From NCBI RefSeq assembly GCF_009914755.1, contig NC_060930.1: a stretch of 64,000 nt of DNA; one strand, 5' to 3'. Below, piece by piece: positions 44,547 through 58,118 of this stretch; the stretch's first letter is position 1; every line of letters begins with the position of its first letter. The DNA comes from the human T2T-CHM13v2.0 reference genome, Homo sapiens. Made by a program: the position numbers and the translations under genes. Under the pieces are notes generated by a model. The model saw only the letters and a program-made list of their open reading frames with translations. It had not been told where the DNA came from and made no database searches.

Positions 44547-46789
44547 TTTGTAATATAATTTTAAATTCCTTACCTCATGTAATTATTACCATAGACTTGA
44601 CAGGTATTTTATAGATAAGTAAACCAAGGGTTTATAGATAAGGTGAAATAAATTGTTGAAAGTCAGGCAGAATCCAATTCAAACCCATATATTTAACACT
44701 CTGGAAATGGGGGAAACAAGCCCGAAAAGTGATGGGCTTGCATTATAAAGAGTATCTGGTCCTCGGGTTAAGAAAGACCTCCAAGGACAGTGTCATTTCA
44801 ATAAAGGCATGTGGGAAGCAAGTGACCTGGGAAGCAAGGCATCCAGAGGAGAGGACACACACAGCTGGGTCTCTGCACCAGTTGCTCAATGTGTTAACCC
44901 GAGGCATTCAGCTTTCACAAAAGGGGCTTTGGGAGCTTCTATAGGCCATTGAAAACTTATTTTTATTTAACAGCAGCGGCAGCAGCAACTGACACCACCT
45001 ATCGTAATTACACTAAGATCTAATATCTTCCATAAAATGCCATTTTATTTCACTAACTAGGTCACTGTGGTCAGAATGTAGAAGATGAAGAAGTTAGACT
45101 TACATAACCCACTAGGAACAAAATCCCATGTTTCAAAGAGTTTCTGTTCCCTTAGGATATTCAAAGAGCTTTGATATAGGACTGGTGAATAAAGAACATA
45201 TGACCTGGGACCAGTACTTTCCTAATGCACAGACTGACCTGACAGCCCATAAGAAGGGAGTCTGTGTACCGAGATATGCCACACATATCACCTATGTGGA
45301 TGCTACATACAAAGGCATGCCATTGGCACATCACATATTATTAGCAACTGCTAAGACTTTACACATGTCTTGGCATTACTCTGCCATTGATTATGTAATT
45401 TGGAAATTAAATAATGCACAAATAGTAAAGAAAGTTCCTACAAAGTGCCATCGATATAGTGGTTTCTAGGTATCATGGTAAAAAGATGCCTAATGTCACA
45501 TGGAGATTGAGCCAAATGTAGGATTTTAAGTTCCAGTCTATTTTACTCCAAATACTGAATAACCTTTCACTCTCTATGAGGCAGTATTAAAGTGATGTAT
45601 GGCAGGACACTGTAAACTAGAGGCAGAGAGAATCAAATATACTTCAGGACTAGTTAGAGAAACCAAAGGTTTAAATGTTTAAACTTTAAAGTGCATTCAT
45701 GAATCACATTAACGGGACAAAGCTGCCTGTGCTCTGTGGGAGCACTGTATTTTCCCAGGTACTTGTGTGAGTAACACTATCACATACCCTGAGTCATGTG
45801 GGGTGTTTTCATTAGCACGCAGAGGCAAATCTCCAGCAACACTAAAGCTTTCTGTTTACTTTAAAAGAAGTGCAAAGTATAAATGTTTACCAAATCTGGA
45901 CTAGACTGCCTGGTCTCCAAACGAGTTTGGCTGTGATTTCTGTTTTCTTAAATGTGTTTTGATATGAGTAGAGCAATGGGACAGAAAATAGCAAGATTCA
46001 CTCAGATCCCTTTTCTCCTATGATCTCTGCCTCCCAGGGGAAAGGTGAGGAAATTGGCAGGAATTTTCCTATCAAGAATGGTGACTGTGTAACATCACTT
46101 GTGTTAAGTATACGGCATTATGTTTTTAATAAATACTTTTTAAAGCAAGTGATTTTTTAAAAACATTTTCTTCAAGAATCTTCTCTCCTCATATAAAAAA
46201 AAACTCAGCAAAAGTAACATTTATGTTAAAAAGAGGCATTACTGGAAACAACTGGGAAGCATTTGCTGGTGCCAGGCCTGTATCTGCAGCATTTGTTTCC
46301 TGCAGAGTGTGATGAGATAAAGTGAGCTCTTTTGTCCACTTGATCCAAAATACACATGACTCAAAACCGTCTTAGTGCAGGGCTTAATCAAAGACGGGAC
46401 CAAACAGTGAACACACAGATCATTCCCAACAAGATCTTTACATATGTGACTGGCTGTGGCATGGAGGGTATAATCCAGCTGAATTGACTTGAACTCCCTG
46501 GAGGTTATAAAAATGAATGAACTGTCAAAAGCAGTTTTACTTGTGTGTTTGAATTATGCAATTCCAAATTCAAAAAATAAAATAAGATAGTCTACATTGA
46601 AGTTTATTAAAAATTGGAAGAAGTAAACATTACTGGCTTTTAAAAATCTTCTCACCCCTAAAACATATTTCACTAAGGGTAGCACATAATATAAACATGA
46701 CCAGGGGTTTATCTCTTTGATGCTAGCCAAAAAGAGCTATGTTTTTTCTTTACTTTTATATCATTTTAGTCTAAGTTTATCGTATTTTT

Positions 46790-48215
46790 CTGGTTATAGA
46801 TAGAATATATAAACATTGTTGAAAAAAATAAAAAGTGTAAAAAATACATTGCAGAAATTGCAACCCCAATTGTAACAAATTTTAATGGTTTGGTCTATTT
46901 TTCTAGTTTCTTGTCTATGTTTGCATGAATGCATATGTGTAATATCTAGATATTTACTTGAAAAGTTGAATTTACACCTTAAATACTTTTTGTCTCCAGT
47001 TTCACTGAACATTATAAAATGAGATATTAACATGTCACTAAACACTTTTTGAGCATAAGATTTTAAATGACTACATAATATTCTTTAACAAATTCAACAG
47101 TATTGAGCATGTAGGTTGTTTTTAATTTTTTGTTCTTGTAAGTGATAACAGTGATAAGAATTTTGATACATCAATTTTGGAACCTATCTCTGATTATTTT
47201 CTTTGATAGATTCTGGAATTGGAATTGATGAGTAAAATATAAACCTTTTAAAAGTTCATGATATGTTTTTCCCTTACTATTTTGAATAAATATTCCAGTG
47301 TAAATTGCATTAACTCCCACCACTGGTGGAAAAGAATGGGCCTATCTATCTCAGCACATTTTCATTCAGATTTAATGATTAACATTTTAAAAATACTTTC
47401 CAGTTTGATATGCCAAAAACAGCACCACTAGCCAGGCATGGTGGCTCACGCCTCTAATCCCAGCATTTGAGGAGGCCAAAGTGGAAGGATCACTTGAGGC
47501 CAGGAGTTTAACACCAGCCTGGGCAACATAGCGAGACCTCCATCTCTACAAAACATAAAAAAAAAAAAAAAAGAATTAGCCAGGCATGGTGTCATGAACC
47601 TGTACTCCCAGCTACTTGGGAGGTTGAGGTGGGAGGATCACTTGAGTCTGGGGTTTTGAGGCTGCCATGAGCTATGATTACGCCATTGCACTCCAGCTCT
47701 AGCCTGGGTGACAGAGTGAGACCCTGTCTCTAAAAATAATAATGACAGTAATTGGAAGAGTATCAGTTTGTATGTTTTCTTTCAAAAATTGTTTATTTCC
47801 CTTGCCTATTTTTTGTTGTTAATTTGATATTTTTCTTCATTTTTGGTTTTTAAACTAAAAATAAATGCTCATTATAAAACTCAAATGAATTATAATTGTG
47901 TACAATAAAAATATTAAAATTACCCTTCACCTCTACCCCAACAGTATTGTATGCATATTTTTATGCAATTACATTTACTTTTACAAAATACACAGACATA
48001 CATGCACATCTATAAGATATTCTTTGAACATAAATTAGATCACTTGCTTTTTTACTTAAAAGTATATTATGGACTTATTTACTTTTCAGTCATCAAAATT
48101 TCTCACTCATTTAAAAAGTCTATAGTAGCATTCTGAAAGTTGGATGTTGCATAGTTTATTTCACCACTTATTTGTTTGTGTACATCCTTGTATGTACATT
48201 TTTATGCTCATTGTG
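46790..48215 (-). mobile_element. Ancient L1ME-type fragments, interrupted by an Alu
   Basis: catgtaggttgttttt...ctgattattttctttgatagattctggaattggaattgatgag...ctcccacca. Confidence 0.5.
47430..47745 (+). mobile_element. AluJ (Jo/Jr-like)
   Basis: gaaggatcacttgaggccaggag, gagctatgattacgcc. Confidence 0.9.
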
Positions 48216-48934
48216 AATAAGGCTCTGGCCTATTTATATGCATCTTCTCTCTAACTGAATGTAAAGCATGGATCTCACTTTACACTTAGTCCTTTTCTGA
48301 GGGAAGAGGTTTCTCTTTTGCAGGCTGAGAACACAGTTCTTACAAACTAGTAAGTAAAATCAAGGGCAAAATAACAAGCTCTGGTAAGTTCCATTCTCCA
48401 TACTCAGAAATGACAGAACAGGATTCCTGGAAAAGCTGCAGAAGATGTCTCTGAGCCTTCTCCCACCCCATTGTCATTCTGAAATCAGAGAACATGAGCA
48501 TAGCTAGTCACAGCGCTAGTGGGGAGGAGGGGACTGAGTCACTCTCCTGCTGCACATCGCTGCTGAACTGGTGGCCTAATGCCTTAGCTATTGAGCAGGT
48601 TGCCACTGGCCACACTGACCAATCTGGCCCTATTTCTAGTGTAAAAAGCTCAAACAGCCTGCACAAAGTAGGCTCTTGGTTTCTGCCTCCAGGTAGTTTC
48701 AAGGCCAAAAAGCCTCTAGAGTACATAGGAAGGAGAAGCTGCCAGGTTCAGTCTCATTTTACCTCTTGCCTCTGAGCATTCTCAGACTGGACTTCCAGTA
48801 GAACTGCTTCAACCACCTGCCCAGCCTGCCTCAGGTGAGCATGATGGATGGATGCCCTGTCATGCAGATCCATCATTCACAAATTCTTACTCCTGAAAAT
48901 CCTGGCTGGGGTGTGAAGGGGATCTCCTACAAAA

Positions 48935-49250
48935 TCCATTCATTCATCCATTCATTCATCAATCACACATTTATTAAGTAGCTCCATAATTTTAGTTTCA
49001 GACATCTTGTTGGGCAGCAGGGACAGAATAAGGTAAAAACATGGTATTTGCTTTTGAGAAGCTTGTTGTCTATTATAAAGTGATAGATGTGAACAAATGA
49101 TTATAATATCACATGAATGGTGCTAGGTCAAGAGTGCGTATAGAATAGGGGAGGCACGAGAGAGGAAGTGAGTTATAATATTTCTACTTGAGGGGTGAGG
49201 AGACTAGGAAAGCGGTCATGGAGGAGGTGCTGCTGAACCCTAGTCTGTTG
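48935..49250 (-). mobile_element. L2 LINE 3' fragment
   Basis: cattcattcatccattcattcatcaatcacacatttattaagta... Confidence 0.7.
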
Positions 49251-50169
49251 GTCTTCCCAAACACTTACTTCCAGTGCATCCCTTAAGCTATGTCTGACCT
49301 CAGAGCCAGGTACTAACGGTTGCCAGAGCAAATATCCACTAGCTAAGCATGGCCACCCCAGAGCCCAAGGTTATGGATAAGTGTCTCGCCCATGGAAAGC
49401 TTCTTAAACTAGAGACAACAAGTCCAAGCCTAGGAATACAATGTCTCCAGGTCAAAGATTCAGCCCTCAGAGAGGACATGAATTTGAACCTATGATGGAG
49501 TTTCATTTGGCCTTTGCTGTCCACACCCTCCTGTGGATCCAAAAGGCCTTGGTTCCACTGTCAAGGCTTACAGTAATGAGAGCCCAGAAATGTTATTTAG
49601 GGCAAGAACACCATCAAGGTGAGGAATTTCTTAAAAATAGTACTTTTCTGTTTAATTTTATGAGGAAAATATGGTTATTAAAAATTTAAATATGTTAGAC
49701 CCTCATTAATAAAATCCACTTTATTTTAAAAATTAAACTTCTATCTATTAACTAACTTCAAATAATTAAATCTAATATCACGGAGCAGACATGCTTTAGA
49801 GAGTGGAATCTGGAGTCCATTATCTTTGTCACAGAAAGAACACTCCCACACACCACTCATGTGTCTGTGGACAGGAACCTCCAATTGCAGCAGTCAGCAC
49901 TGGGGGCACAGAGACATTCATAAGAGCCCTGAGCCCCTGGATCTTCCAGTGTGACCTCTGAAGCCCCAAACAGCTTTGGCCAACAATAGAGACAAGAGTG
50001 TTCACACCTGCCATGTTCTGATTAGCCCATTTCAATCCCTACCTATTCAATGTGACCACTGGGGTGTTTAGAAGTCACCCTCCTGGGGAGGTCACCTAGA
50101 AAACGGTGACCCTGTCCGGAGGCAGTGACAGACAGGCCTATTACTGTGCTGCCTCATAGTTGAGACGAT

Positions 50170-50390
50170 AGGAGTTGACTTGATTGCCTGAGCTCAAATT
50201 CCAGCATTGCCATTGACCAGCTGTGGGATCTAGAGTTAAGTTGTTCAGCCTCCTTGTTCCAATTTCCTTATCCGTGAAGTGGAGATAATAATAAAATCTT
50301 ATTCAAGGGTTTTGAAGAGTATGCCATGTCTTCTAGGCCTTAGATCAGGGCCTCATACATAAAAAGCCTTCAGCAAACGTTGATTCTGAT
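50170..50390 (+). mobile_element. MIR SINE
   Basis: tgcctgagctcaaattccagc...agctgtggga...aatttccttatccgtgaagtggagataata. Confidence 0.75.
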
Positions 50391-50536
50391 GAGCAGGTTG
50401 ATGCTTGAAGGTTCCTATCAGAGCTTTTGGAGGATGCTAGTTTTATACTTTCAAAGATTATAAGGGCACCTGCCAGGCTTTGTGGTGGTAGTCAAGGCCC
50501 AAAGCCTATACCTTTCAGGCCATGAAGTCTCTCAGA

Positions 50537-50690
50537 GCAATTTTTCTCAAACATTCATGTATCTGTGAATCTCCTAGGGGAATCTTGTTAAAATGCAAAT
50601 CTGAGCAGATCTGAAATTCTGCAAGTTTAACAAATTTCCAGATAAGTTTGATGCTGCTGGTTTGCAGATTATCCTTTTAGTGACAAGCAT
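50537..50690. mobile_element. MER5-type hAT-Charlie fossil
   Basis: ttctcaaac...gaatctcctagg...cttgttaaaatgcaaat...tgatgctgctgg. Confidence 0.75.
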
Positions 50691-50779
50691 GTGGGTTTCT
50701 TCAAGATACTGGCTTCACAGCCTCTTTAGTGGGCTCACATTTATAAAAATACAGTCATATAGAATGTAATTGTAAACCT

Positions 50780-50980
50780 ATATAACATGGAGTTTAAAAG
50801 CAGAAAATTTAGAATTACATGAACCTGGAATTCATTTTTGGGTATATACTAGCTATATGACCTTAGACAAATTGTTTAATGTACTTAGGCCTCAGTTTCC
50901 ACCTCTGCACATAGGGATAATGATATCTAGTTTACTCAGCTGAAAGACCTATGTGAATTAATGTTAATGCTGAAACACTT
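50780..50980 (+). mobile_element. MIR SINE
   Basis: actagctatatgaccttagacaaattgtttaa...gcctcagtttccacctctg. Confidence 0.75.
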
Positions 50981-52492
50981 GGGCTGGGAGATCCCAGACT
51001 CCTGGCATCATGGAGGCAGCTCCTGGTCCTGTAATAGTAGCTGATCTGATCTAGACAGGTGTTTCTGGATGGCCCACCTTTTCTGTGTTCTAAAAGGACA
51101 ACTAATATCAACCAATATTTGCCCATACTTTGCTCTGCCCATTCCCTCCAGCTTAAAGAAGATGTCCCAGTAAAGGGTCGTCACAGCACAAAGCTACCCT
51201 GAATTTGTCCCTTGAATCTCATCCAAACCCATTATCTTTAGTCTTCCATTCTCTGGGCCAAGGACTTTGCTATCCATTGTCCTGGTTTCATCTTTACCTC
51301 AGTGTTCCCACTAGATGCACAGTTGTTCCCCTGGCTGGACTGGTTTCTCCTGAGGACAGTTTGTTCTCTAATGCAGGTGCACTGATCTCATCCTCCTTTC
51401 CCAGAATGACTCTCTTAATTCAGACACATGACATAATATATATTTTGGGTTATTCTTGATCCCCAATTAATATTTGGTTTCCACATTATATTTGAATACT
51501 GCAAGTTATAAACTGGTTATATCTTAGGTTTTCATTGATTGATATATTTTACCATGAAATGTCTGAAGGAAATAAATGAAAGTGGAGAAATATTTTTTGT
51601 CAGGCAGGTTATGACCCTCTCCAACCCAGTCTATCTCCACTATCATATTTACCTTGGCTTAAAATCAAAGCAGACAGATCCATTTTGGTTGTGGAGTATT
51701 GTCAAGAAACATTCTAAGGAGCACATTCAATTCATTGCAAAACATTTATCCCAGCTAATTCAATATACTCTAAATCCATTATTTTTGGAAACTACTTAAA
51801 AGGTGCTTGCTATAACAAAAGACTTTGCAAGAAATTTCCATAGGAATATGTTGTATTTTCTACAGTGATGGATCCTGCTTTTATTGTTATTAGGCAGGCA
51901 ATAAGCCCAACATGCCATATTGTCTTTTAGATTTTTCTCTATTATGATATTTTTCTATCTTCATGTTTTTATTGCTAGGTCTCATAGTAAATTTTTTAAA
52001 AATCTAAACTATTGCATTCTTGCTCTGAGCTATGTGCTCTACTACATTGAATACAAATGACACAGATTTATAAAATGACACAAAAATCCTTATTCTGGGT
52101 CATGCTTAAAATATAAATTTAGCTTAAATTGACTGTATATTCAGTCCCAAGACAATACACACATGTATGCATGGCATTAATACATTTCTGTGAATAAACA
52201 TGTAGGCTTTCTATAAAATCCCCATTAATTTAGTATATTCTAAGATCTCTATCTAGTAATCACTTGAACAAGAGTCTCAAGATCTAGGCTGCATTATTGC
52301 ATTCAACAATAATGATATGACATTATCCTTTCTCTGTTGCATTTCTCTATCTAAATATTAGGAGTATCAGTTTTTATTACTTATAGATCATTAGGGGAAA
52401 ATGTTAGCTAAAAAACTATTATACCAAGATTCTTGGTCTTCTCCTATTGGTTTGCAGATGTGAAGGTCTGAAACTGGAGTTAGGAGATTTTT

Positions 52493-52672
52493 GTTGGTGT
52501 GCTGGTGGACAGGCTCTTTGGACCCTGCCTTCCAAAAATAAGAAGAGGAAGAAAAAAAGACCCCGCTTTGTAGAATTTGCCAATTTACATGGTGTAGATA
52601 GTCCTGCCATGTTGGATTTCAAGCTACCAGCGGTTTAACAGCAGGCTAGTCAAATGTTAACAATCAGTTCTT
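52493..52672 (+). mobile_element. MER63A-like hAT fossil
   Basis: ggtgtgctgg...tttgtagaatttgccaatttacatggtgtagata...gatttcaagctacca. Confidence 0.7.
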
Positions 52673-52679
52673 GAGGTGG

Positions 52680-52760
52680 AGACTGAGAGGGAGAGAAAGA
52701 GAAAAAGAGACAGACAGAGAGAGAGAGAGAAAGGGAAGGAGAGAGGGAGGGAGTGGAGAG
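52680..52760. repeat. GA-rich low-complexity tract
   Basis: direct reading. Confidence 0.85.
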
Positions 52761-53866
52761 GCTGCTGCAGCATGCCACTGGGTTTTGATACAGAAATGGT
52801 CAAAATTCTCAAGTAACCAAGGAGGTGAGTGTGATAGTGGAAATTGGTCAATTTAACGTTAAAATTCATTCTCTTTATACCTGTGCCATAGGTAACAAAC
52901 ATCTATATCATATAGTGTATGCAGAAATGTTTTGAGCTTTTCAAAGAACCATCTCTAAACAAACATATTACTAAACATAGAAAATTTTAGTAACCTGTAA
53001 CATAAAGCTAGGATTACGATTGCATTGTCATAGACTTTGACCAGAATCCACATCCATGTGCCTAAAAATTCCCCAAAACTGATATTAGGCATATATGTTT
53101 CTGTAAGAATGGGAAAAATCAAAAATTAATAGATAAATATTCATAATTCATTTTCCAAGTATGTATTTAAAAATAGGTAACCATTTCCATTTTTCTCTAT
53201 GTCCTACTCAATCCTAACATTATCCAATCTTCATCATTAATAGAGCTATGAGTTTTTCATCAAAATAAGTAGACACTAAAATTATCATTAAAATATACCT
53301 CTAAGACTCTGTGGATAAATTTGAGATTATAAAATGTTTCTTGCTATTCCTGTAAATGTTTAAAGCATCAGATTGCTACAGGAGCTTGTTTCCAAATTTG
53401 CCTTTCTTGTTCAATCAAAGGAAGGGATAACACTATCGAAGCTCCAAATATTCTTCTGAGTTGTATTGCATAACATTTTAGGGTTCCTTTTTTAAGTTAG
53501 AGGTTTGGAAATTTTTGTCCAAGATCAGTTCCTTAGCAGCAGTGTCTAGATAATATAACCTCATGGTTTGATGTTACAAGCCTATATCTTTGCATAATGC
53601 CTATACAAAAACTTATCTTTCAATTAGAGTTGACATGTTTAAATTTTGGGAGGGCTTTAAGTGCTTAAAATGTTCACTCAAAGAAATTAGTTAACTTCAT
53701 TACATGAAACTTTGTTATGATTATTGCCCTGAAGATCTTGCATACTTTCACATTTAAATGTGATGTTGTAGATGTCATAAAAACTGTATGTAAAAATTAT
53801 CTATTACCTTAAAGGAGATGTCTAAATTTAATCCAGATTAATTAAATGATTTTATCCAATACATTA

Positions 53867-56060
53867 TGATATGGTTTGGCTCTGTGTCCCACCCACATCT
53901 CATCTCGTAGCCCCCATAATTCCCACCTGTTGTGGGAAGGACCTGGAGGAAGATGATTGAATTATGGGTGTGGGTCTTTCCTGTGCTGTTCTTGTTGATA
54001 GTGAATGGGTCTCATGAGATATCATGGTCTTAAAAATGGGAGTTTTTCTGCACAAGCCCTCTTTTTTTGCCTGCTGCCATCCATGTAAGATGTGAGTTGC
54101 TCCTCCTTGCCTTCCACCATTATTGTAGGGCCTCTCCAGCCATGTGGAACTGTAAGTCCAATAAGCCTCTTTCTGTTGTTGTAAATTGCCCAGTCTCAGG
54201 TAGGTCTTTATCAGCAGCATAAAAATGGACTAATACAGTAAATTGGTACCAGTAGAGTGGGGCACCGCTGAAAAGATACCCAAAAATATGGAAGAAACTT
54301 TGGAACTGGGTAACAGGCAGAGGCTGGAACAGTTTGGATGGAGATGAGGAACTTGTTGGGAACTGGAGCAAAGGTGACTCTTGTTATGTTTTAGCAAAGA
54401 GACTGGCAGCATTTTGCCCCTGCCCTAGAGATTTGTAGAACTTTGAACTTGAGAGAGATGATTTAGGGCATCTGGCAGAAGAAATTTCCAAGCAGAAAAG
54501 CATTCAAGAGGTGACTTGGGTGCTGTTAAATGCATTCGGTTTCAAAAGGGAAACAAGGCATAAAAGTTTGGAAAATTTGCAGCCTGACAATGCAATAGAA
54601 AAGAAAATCCCATTTTCAGAGGAGAAATTCAAGCCAGTTGCATAAATTTGCATAAGTAATGAGGAGCCAAATGTTAATCACCAAGACAATGGGGAAAATG
54701 TCTCCAGGGCATGTCAGAGACCTTTGCGGCAGACCCTCCCATCACAGGCCTGGAGGCCTAGGAGAAAAAAGTGGTTTCCTGGGTTGGGCCCAGAGTACCT
54801 GTGCTGTGTACAGCCTAGGGACTTGGTGCCCTGCATTCCAACCACTCCAGCTGTGGCTGAAAAGGGGCCAACATGGAGCTCAGGCTGTGGCTTCAGAGGG
54901 TGTAAGACTCAAGCCTTGGTAGTTGTCACTTGGTGTTGAGCTTGTGAGTGCACAGAAGTCAAGAATTGAGGTTTGGGAACCTCTGCGTAGACTTCAGGAG
55001 ATGTATGGAAATGCCTGGATGCCCAGGCAGAGTTTGCTGTAGGGGCAGGGTCCTCAGGGAGAACCTCTTCTAGGACAGTGCAGAAGGGAAATGTGGGGTG
55101 GGGGCCCCCATGCAGAGTCCCTACTGGGGCACAGCCTAGTGGAGCTATGAGAAGAAGGCCACTGTCCTCCAGACCCCAGAATGGTGGATCCACTGACAGC
55201 TTGCACTGTGCACCTGGAAAAGCCACAACACTCAACACCAGCCTGTGAAGGCACCCAGGAGGGAGACTGTACCCTGCAAAGCCACAGGGGTAGTGCTGCC
55301 CAAGACTATGGAAACCTACCTCTTGCATCAGTGTGATCTGGATATGAGACCTGGAGTCAAAGGAGATCATTTTGGAGCTTTAAGATTTGACTGCCCTGCT
55401 GGGTTTCTGAGTTGCACGAGACCTGTAGCCCCTTTGTTTTGGCCAATTTCTCCCATTTGGAATGACTGTATTTACCCAATGCCTGTACTCCCAGTGTACG
55501 TAGGAAGTAACTAACTTGCTTTTGATTTTATAGGCTCATAGGCAGAAGGGACTTGCCTTGTCTTGCATGAAACTTTGGACTGTGGACTTTTGAGTTAATG
55601 ATGAAATGAGATGAGACTTTGGTGGACTGTTGGGAAGGCATGATTGGTTTTGAAATGCAAAGATATAAGATTTGGGAGGGGCCAGGGGCAGAATGATAAG
55701 GTTTAGCTCCATGTCCCCACCCAAATCTCATCTTGTAGCTCCCATAATTCCTATGTGTTGTGGGAGGAACCTGGTGGAATATGATTGAATTATGGGGTCA
55801 GGTCTTTCCCATGCTGTTCTCATGATAGTGAATGGGTCTCACGAGATATGATGGTTTTAAAAATGGGAGTTTCTCTGCACAAGCTCTCTTTTTTTGACTG
55901 TTGCCATCCATGTAAGATGTGACTTGCTCCTCCTTGCCTTCTGCCATGATTATGAGGCCTCCCAGCCACGTGGAACTATAAGTCCAATAAACCTCTTTCT
56001 TTTGTAAATTGCCCAGTCTTGGGTATGTCTTTATCAGTAGCATGAAAATGGACTAATACA
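53867..56060 (+). mobile_element. Complete THE1 (B/C-type) MaLR provirus: LTR 53867-54237, internal 54238-55693, LTR 55694-56060
   Basis: Two ~370-bp direct TG...CA LTRs; internal start gtaaattggtaccagtagagtgggg; polypurine tract before the 3' LTR; perfect TSD catta at 53862-53866 and 56061-56065. Confidence 0.97.
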
Positions 56061-56244
56061 CATTATTATTATTGATTCTATGATAATTTAAAAATGAGGG
56101 AAGGTAGTATTGGTAAGAAGATTGCCTAACATTGGACAGAACTTGAAGTCCATATCTCTGGAAAATTCTCTCCTTATCACATTGAAATGGGTTTTTTTAA
56201 TCTAAAACACTTCATATGGACAAGTGTGTAAAACTGAATTCCCC

Positions 56245-57330
56245 TCAACAAACATTTATTAATACCTCTTGTAGTTTAGGCACTGATTTCAAAACTGGAA
56301 GTACCTAAATGATCTTTTCTGGAGAGAAGTTCAGGCTCTGGCAAGGAGAACGACCTAAATAAATGATTAGGTATATTCACAGTGGCGTGGAAACAGCAAG
56401 AGAAAAAAAAAAATAGGCCAGGGCTGTCCTGAGCAAAGGGAGTTTTGAACTGAGCCTTGGAGCCTGATTAGAGGTTTAACCAGGGGGTAATTAGGTGCAT
56501 AAGAGTGGGAGTAGAGGAGTAGCAAAGGCAGAGTTTCAAGATATTTGATAAACAGTGATTCTCTTACAGTGGTTGGAAGATATAGAGGGGAGAGAGATTG
56601 GAGATGATGTTGGAAAAGTAGGCTGAAACCAGGGTGGAAAGAGCTTGGGTACTATGGGACCTTCCTATGGCTGCTGTAACAAAGTACCATAAATTTACTG
56701 GCTCAAAATAACACAACTTTATTCTCTTAAAATTCTAGAAGTCAGAAGTCTAAAATAAGTCTTATGGAGTAACAGTAAGGTGTCAGCAGGGCTGGTCCCT
56801 TTGGGGGCTGCAGGGGAGAATCCATTCCTTACCTCCTTCAGGTTCTAGGGGCTGCCTGCATTTCTTGGCTCATGGCCCCTTCCTCACATCACTCCAAGCT
56901 CTTGCTTCTGTTACCACATCTCCTACTACTGACTTTTATCCTCTTGCTCCCTCTTATAAGAACTCTTGTGATTTCATTGGTTCATCCAAATAATCCAGAA
57001 TCATCTCCCATTTCAGGGTGCTTAGTCACATCTGAAAAGCCCATTTTACCATGTCTGATAACATATTTACAGGTTCTGGAGATTAGGATGTGGATATCCT
57101 GCTCTGGCTGGGTGGAAGGCGCGGGCGTGAGGAGGCATTATGCTGTCTACCACAGGTATCCTGTTGAGTGTTTTGAGATATAATAAAGATAATATATCTT
57201 TAGGATTATTGGGAACTACTATAGGTTCCTAAACTGTGGAATGCTTTGGTCAGATTTTCATTTTAGAGGACAACAATATCTGTAGGGTAGAGGACAAGAC
57301 TCAGGACAAGACCAAGTAAGAGACGGTGAG
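56245..57330 (-). mobile_element. L2 LINE fragments, interrupted by MLT1D
   Basis: tcaacaaacatttattaatacc...ttttgaactgagccttg...ggagatgatgttggaaaagtaggc...gtcagattttcattttag. Confidence 0.65.
56653..57154 (-). mobile_element. MLT1C/D MaLR solo LTR
   Basis: ggctgctgtaacaaagtacca...aaggtgtcagcagggctgg...ggttctggagattaggatgtggata...ctaccaca; TSD ggtac / ggtat. Confidence 0.88.
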
Positions 57331-57949
57331 GAATGGGAAAAGGGGAACATTAAACAATCATAGTAGAATACAAATATTCGGTCCTTTTAAGAATGAAAGT
57401 GTGTTTTATTCTTTCTCATTTCTTTGCTGAATTAGAAGGATGGAATATAATAATTTCCTTTTACTCCCTGGGGGAGTTCAAAGACTGAGTTCTTCATGCC
57501 CTTGAAGAAAGGGAGTTGGCTATTTCTGCAGCTTTTAATCTAGGCTCTAGATTTAATGAGCCATTGAAGTCTGTTGTGAGAGAACACAGGGCGTGGAGAA
57601 GGATAAAGAGATTGTGGGGATGGGGAAGACTGAAGAGCAAAGGAGCAAAAGATAAGTGATACTAGATGGGACCCCAGAAGCCTGGGGAATTGACCTGGGG
57701 GAATTGGCCCAATAAGGAAAAATGCCCAGTCCTAAGAGTGGGCCAGAGGAGAGACAGGAGTCCTCTTCTATGATGGTCCAGCCCTCACTGAATAAAAGCA
57801 TTCTATCAAAGATATCCCCCTGGGCTCACACAAGGTCTCTAGTCGCAAGGGTCTGGGTGGGGTAGTATGACTTGCTCTGGGTCATTAGATGTGAGTGGAA
57901 ATAAAGAAGGCTACTTCCTGGCCTGGAACATAAGAAATTATCTATGCTT

Positions 57950-58118
57950 GATTCTGCTTTCCCTTTCACTTGGAAGACACCTGCCCTGGAAAGCTGCCTG
58001 ATGAGGAACATTTGCACTGGATTTTGCCTAAGTGAGAAATAAACTTTTATTGTGTAAAGTCAGTGAATGTTAGGGCTTATTTGTTACTGCAGCATGGCTT
58101 AGCCTGTCATGACTAAAA
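57950..58118 (+). mobile_element. MLT1 LTR 3' portion
   Basis: gtgagaaataaacttttattgtgtaaag...tttgttactgcagcatggcttagcctgtcatgactaa. Confidence 0.7.

Noticed and set aside
45128-45469. 113-aa ATG ORF in unique sequence
   Set aside because: No recognisable domain or exon structure; length is within chance expectation for 64 kb.
53900-56043. Many 60-150 aa ORFs in THE1
   Set aside because: Short, on both strands and in several frames within a decayed MaLR; no intact gag-like frame.
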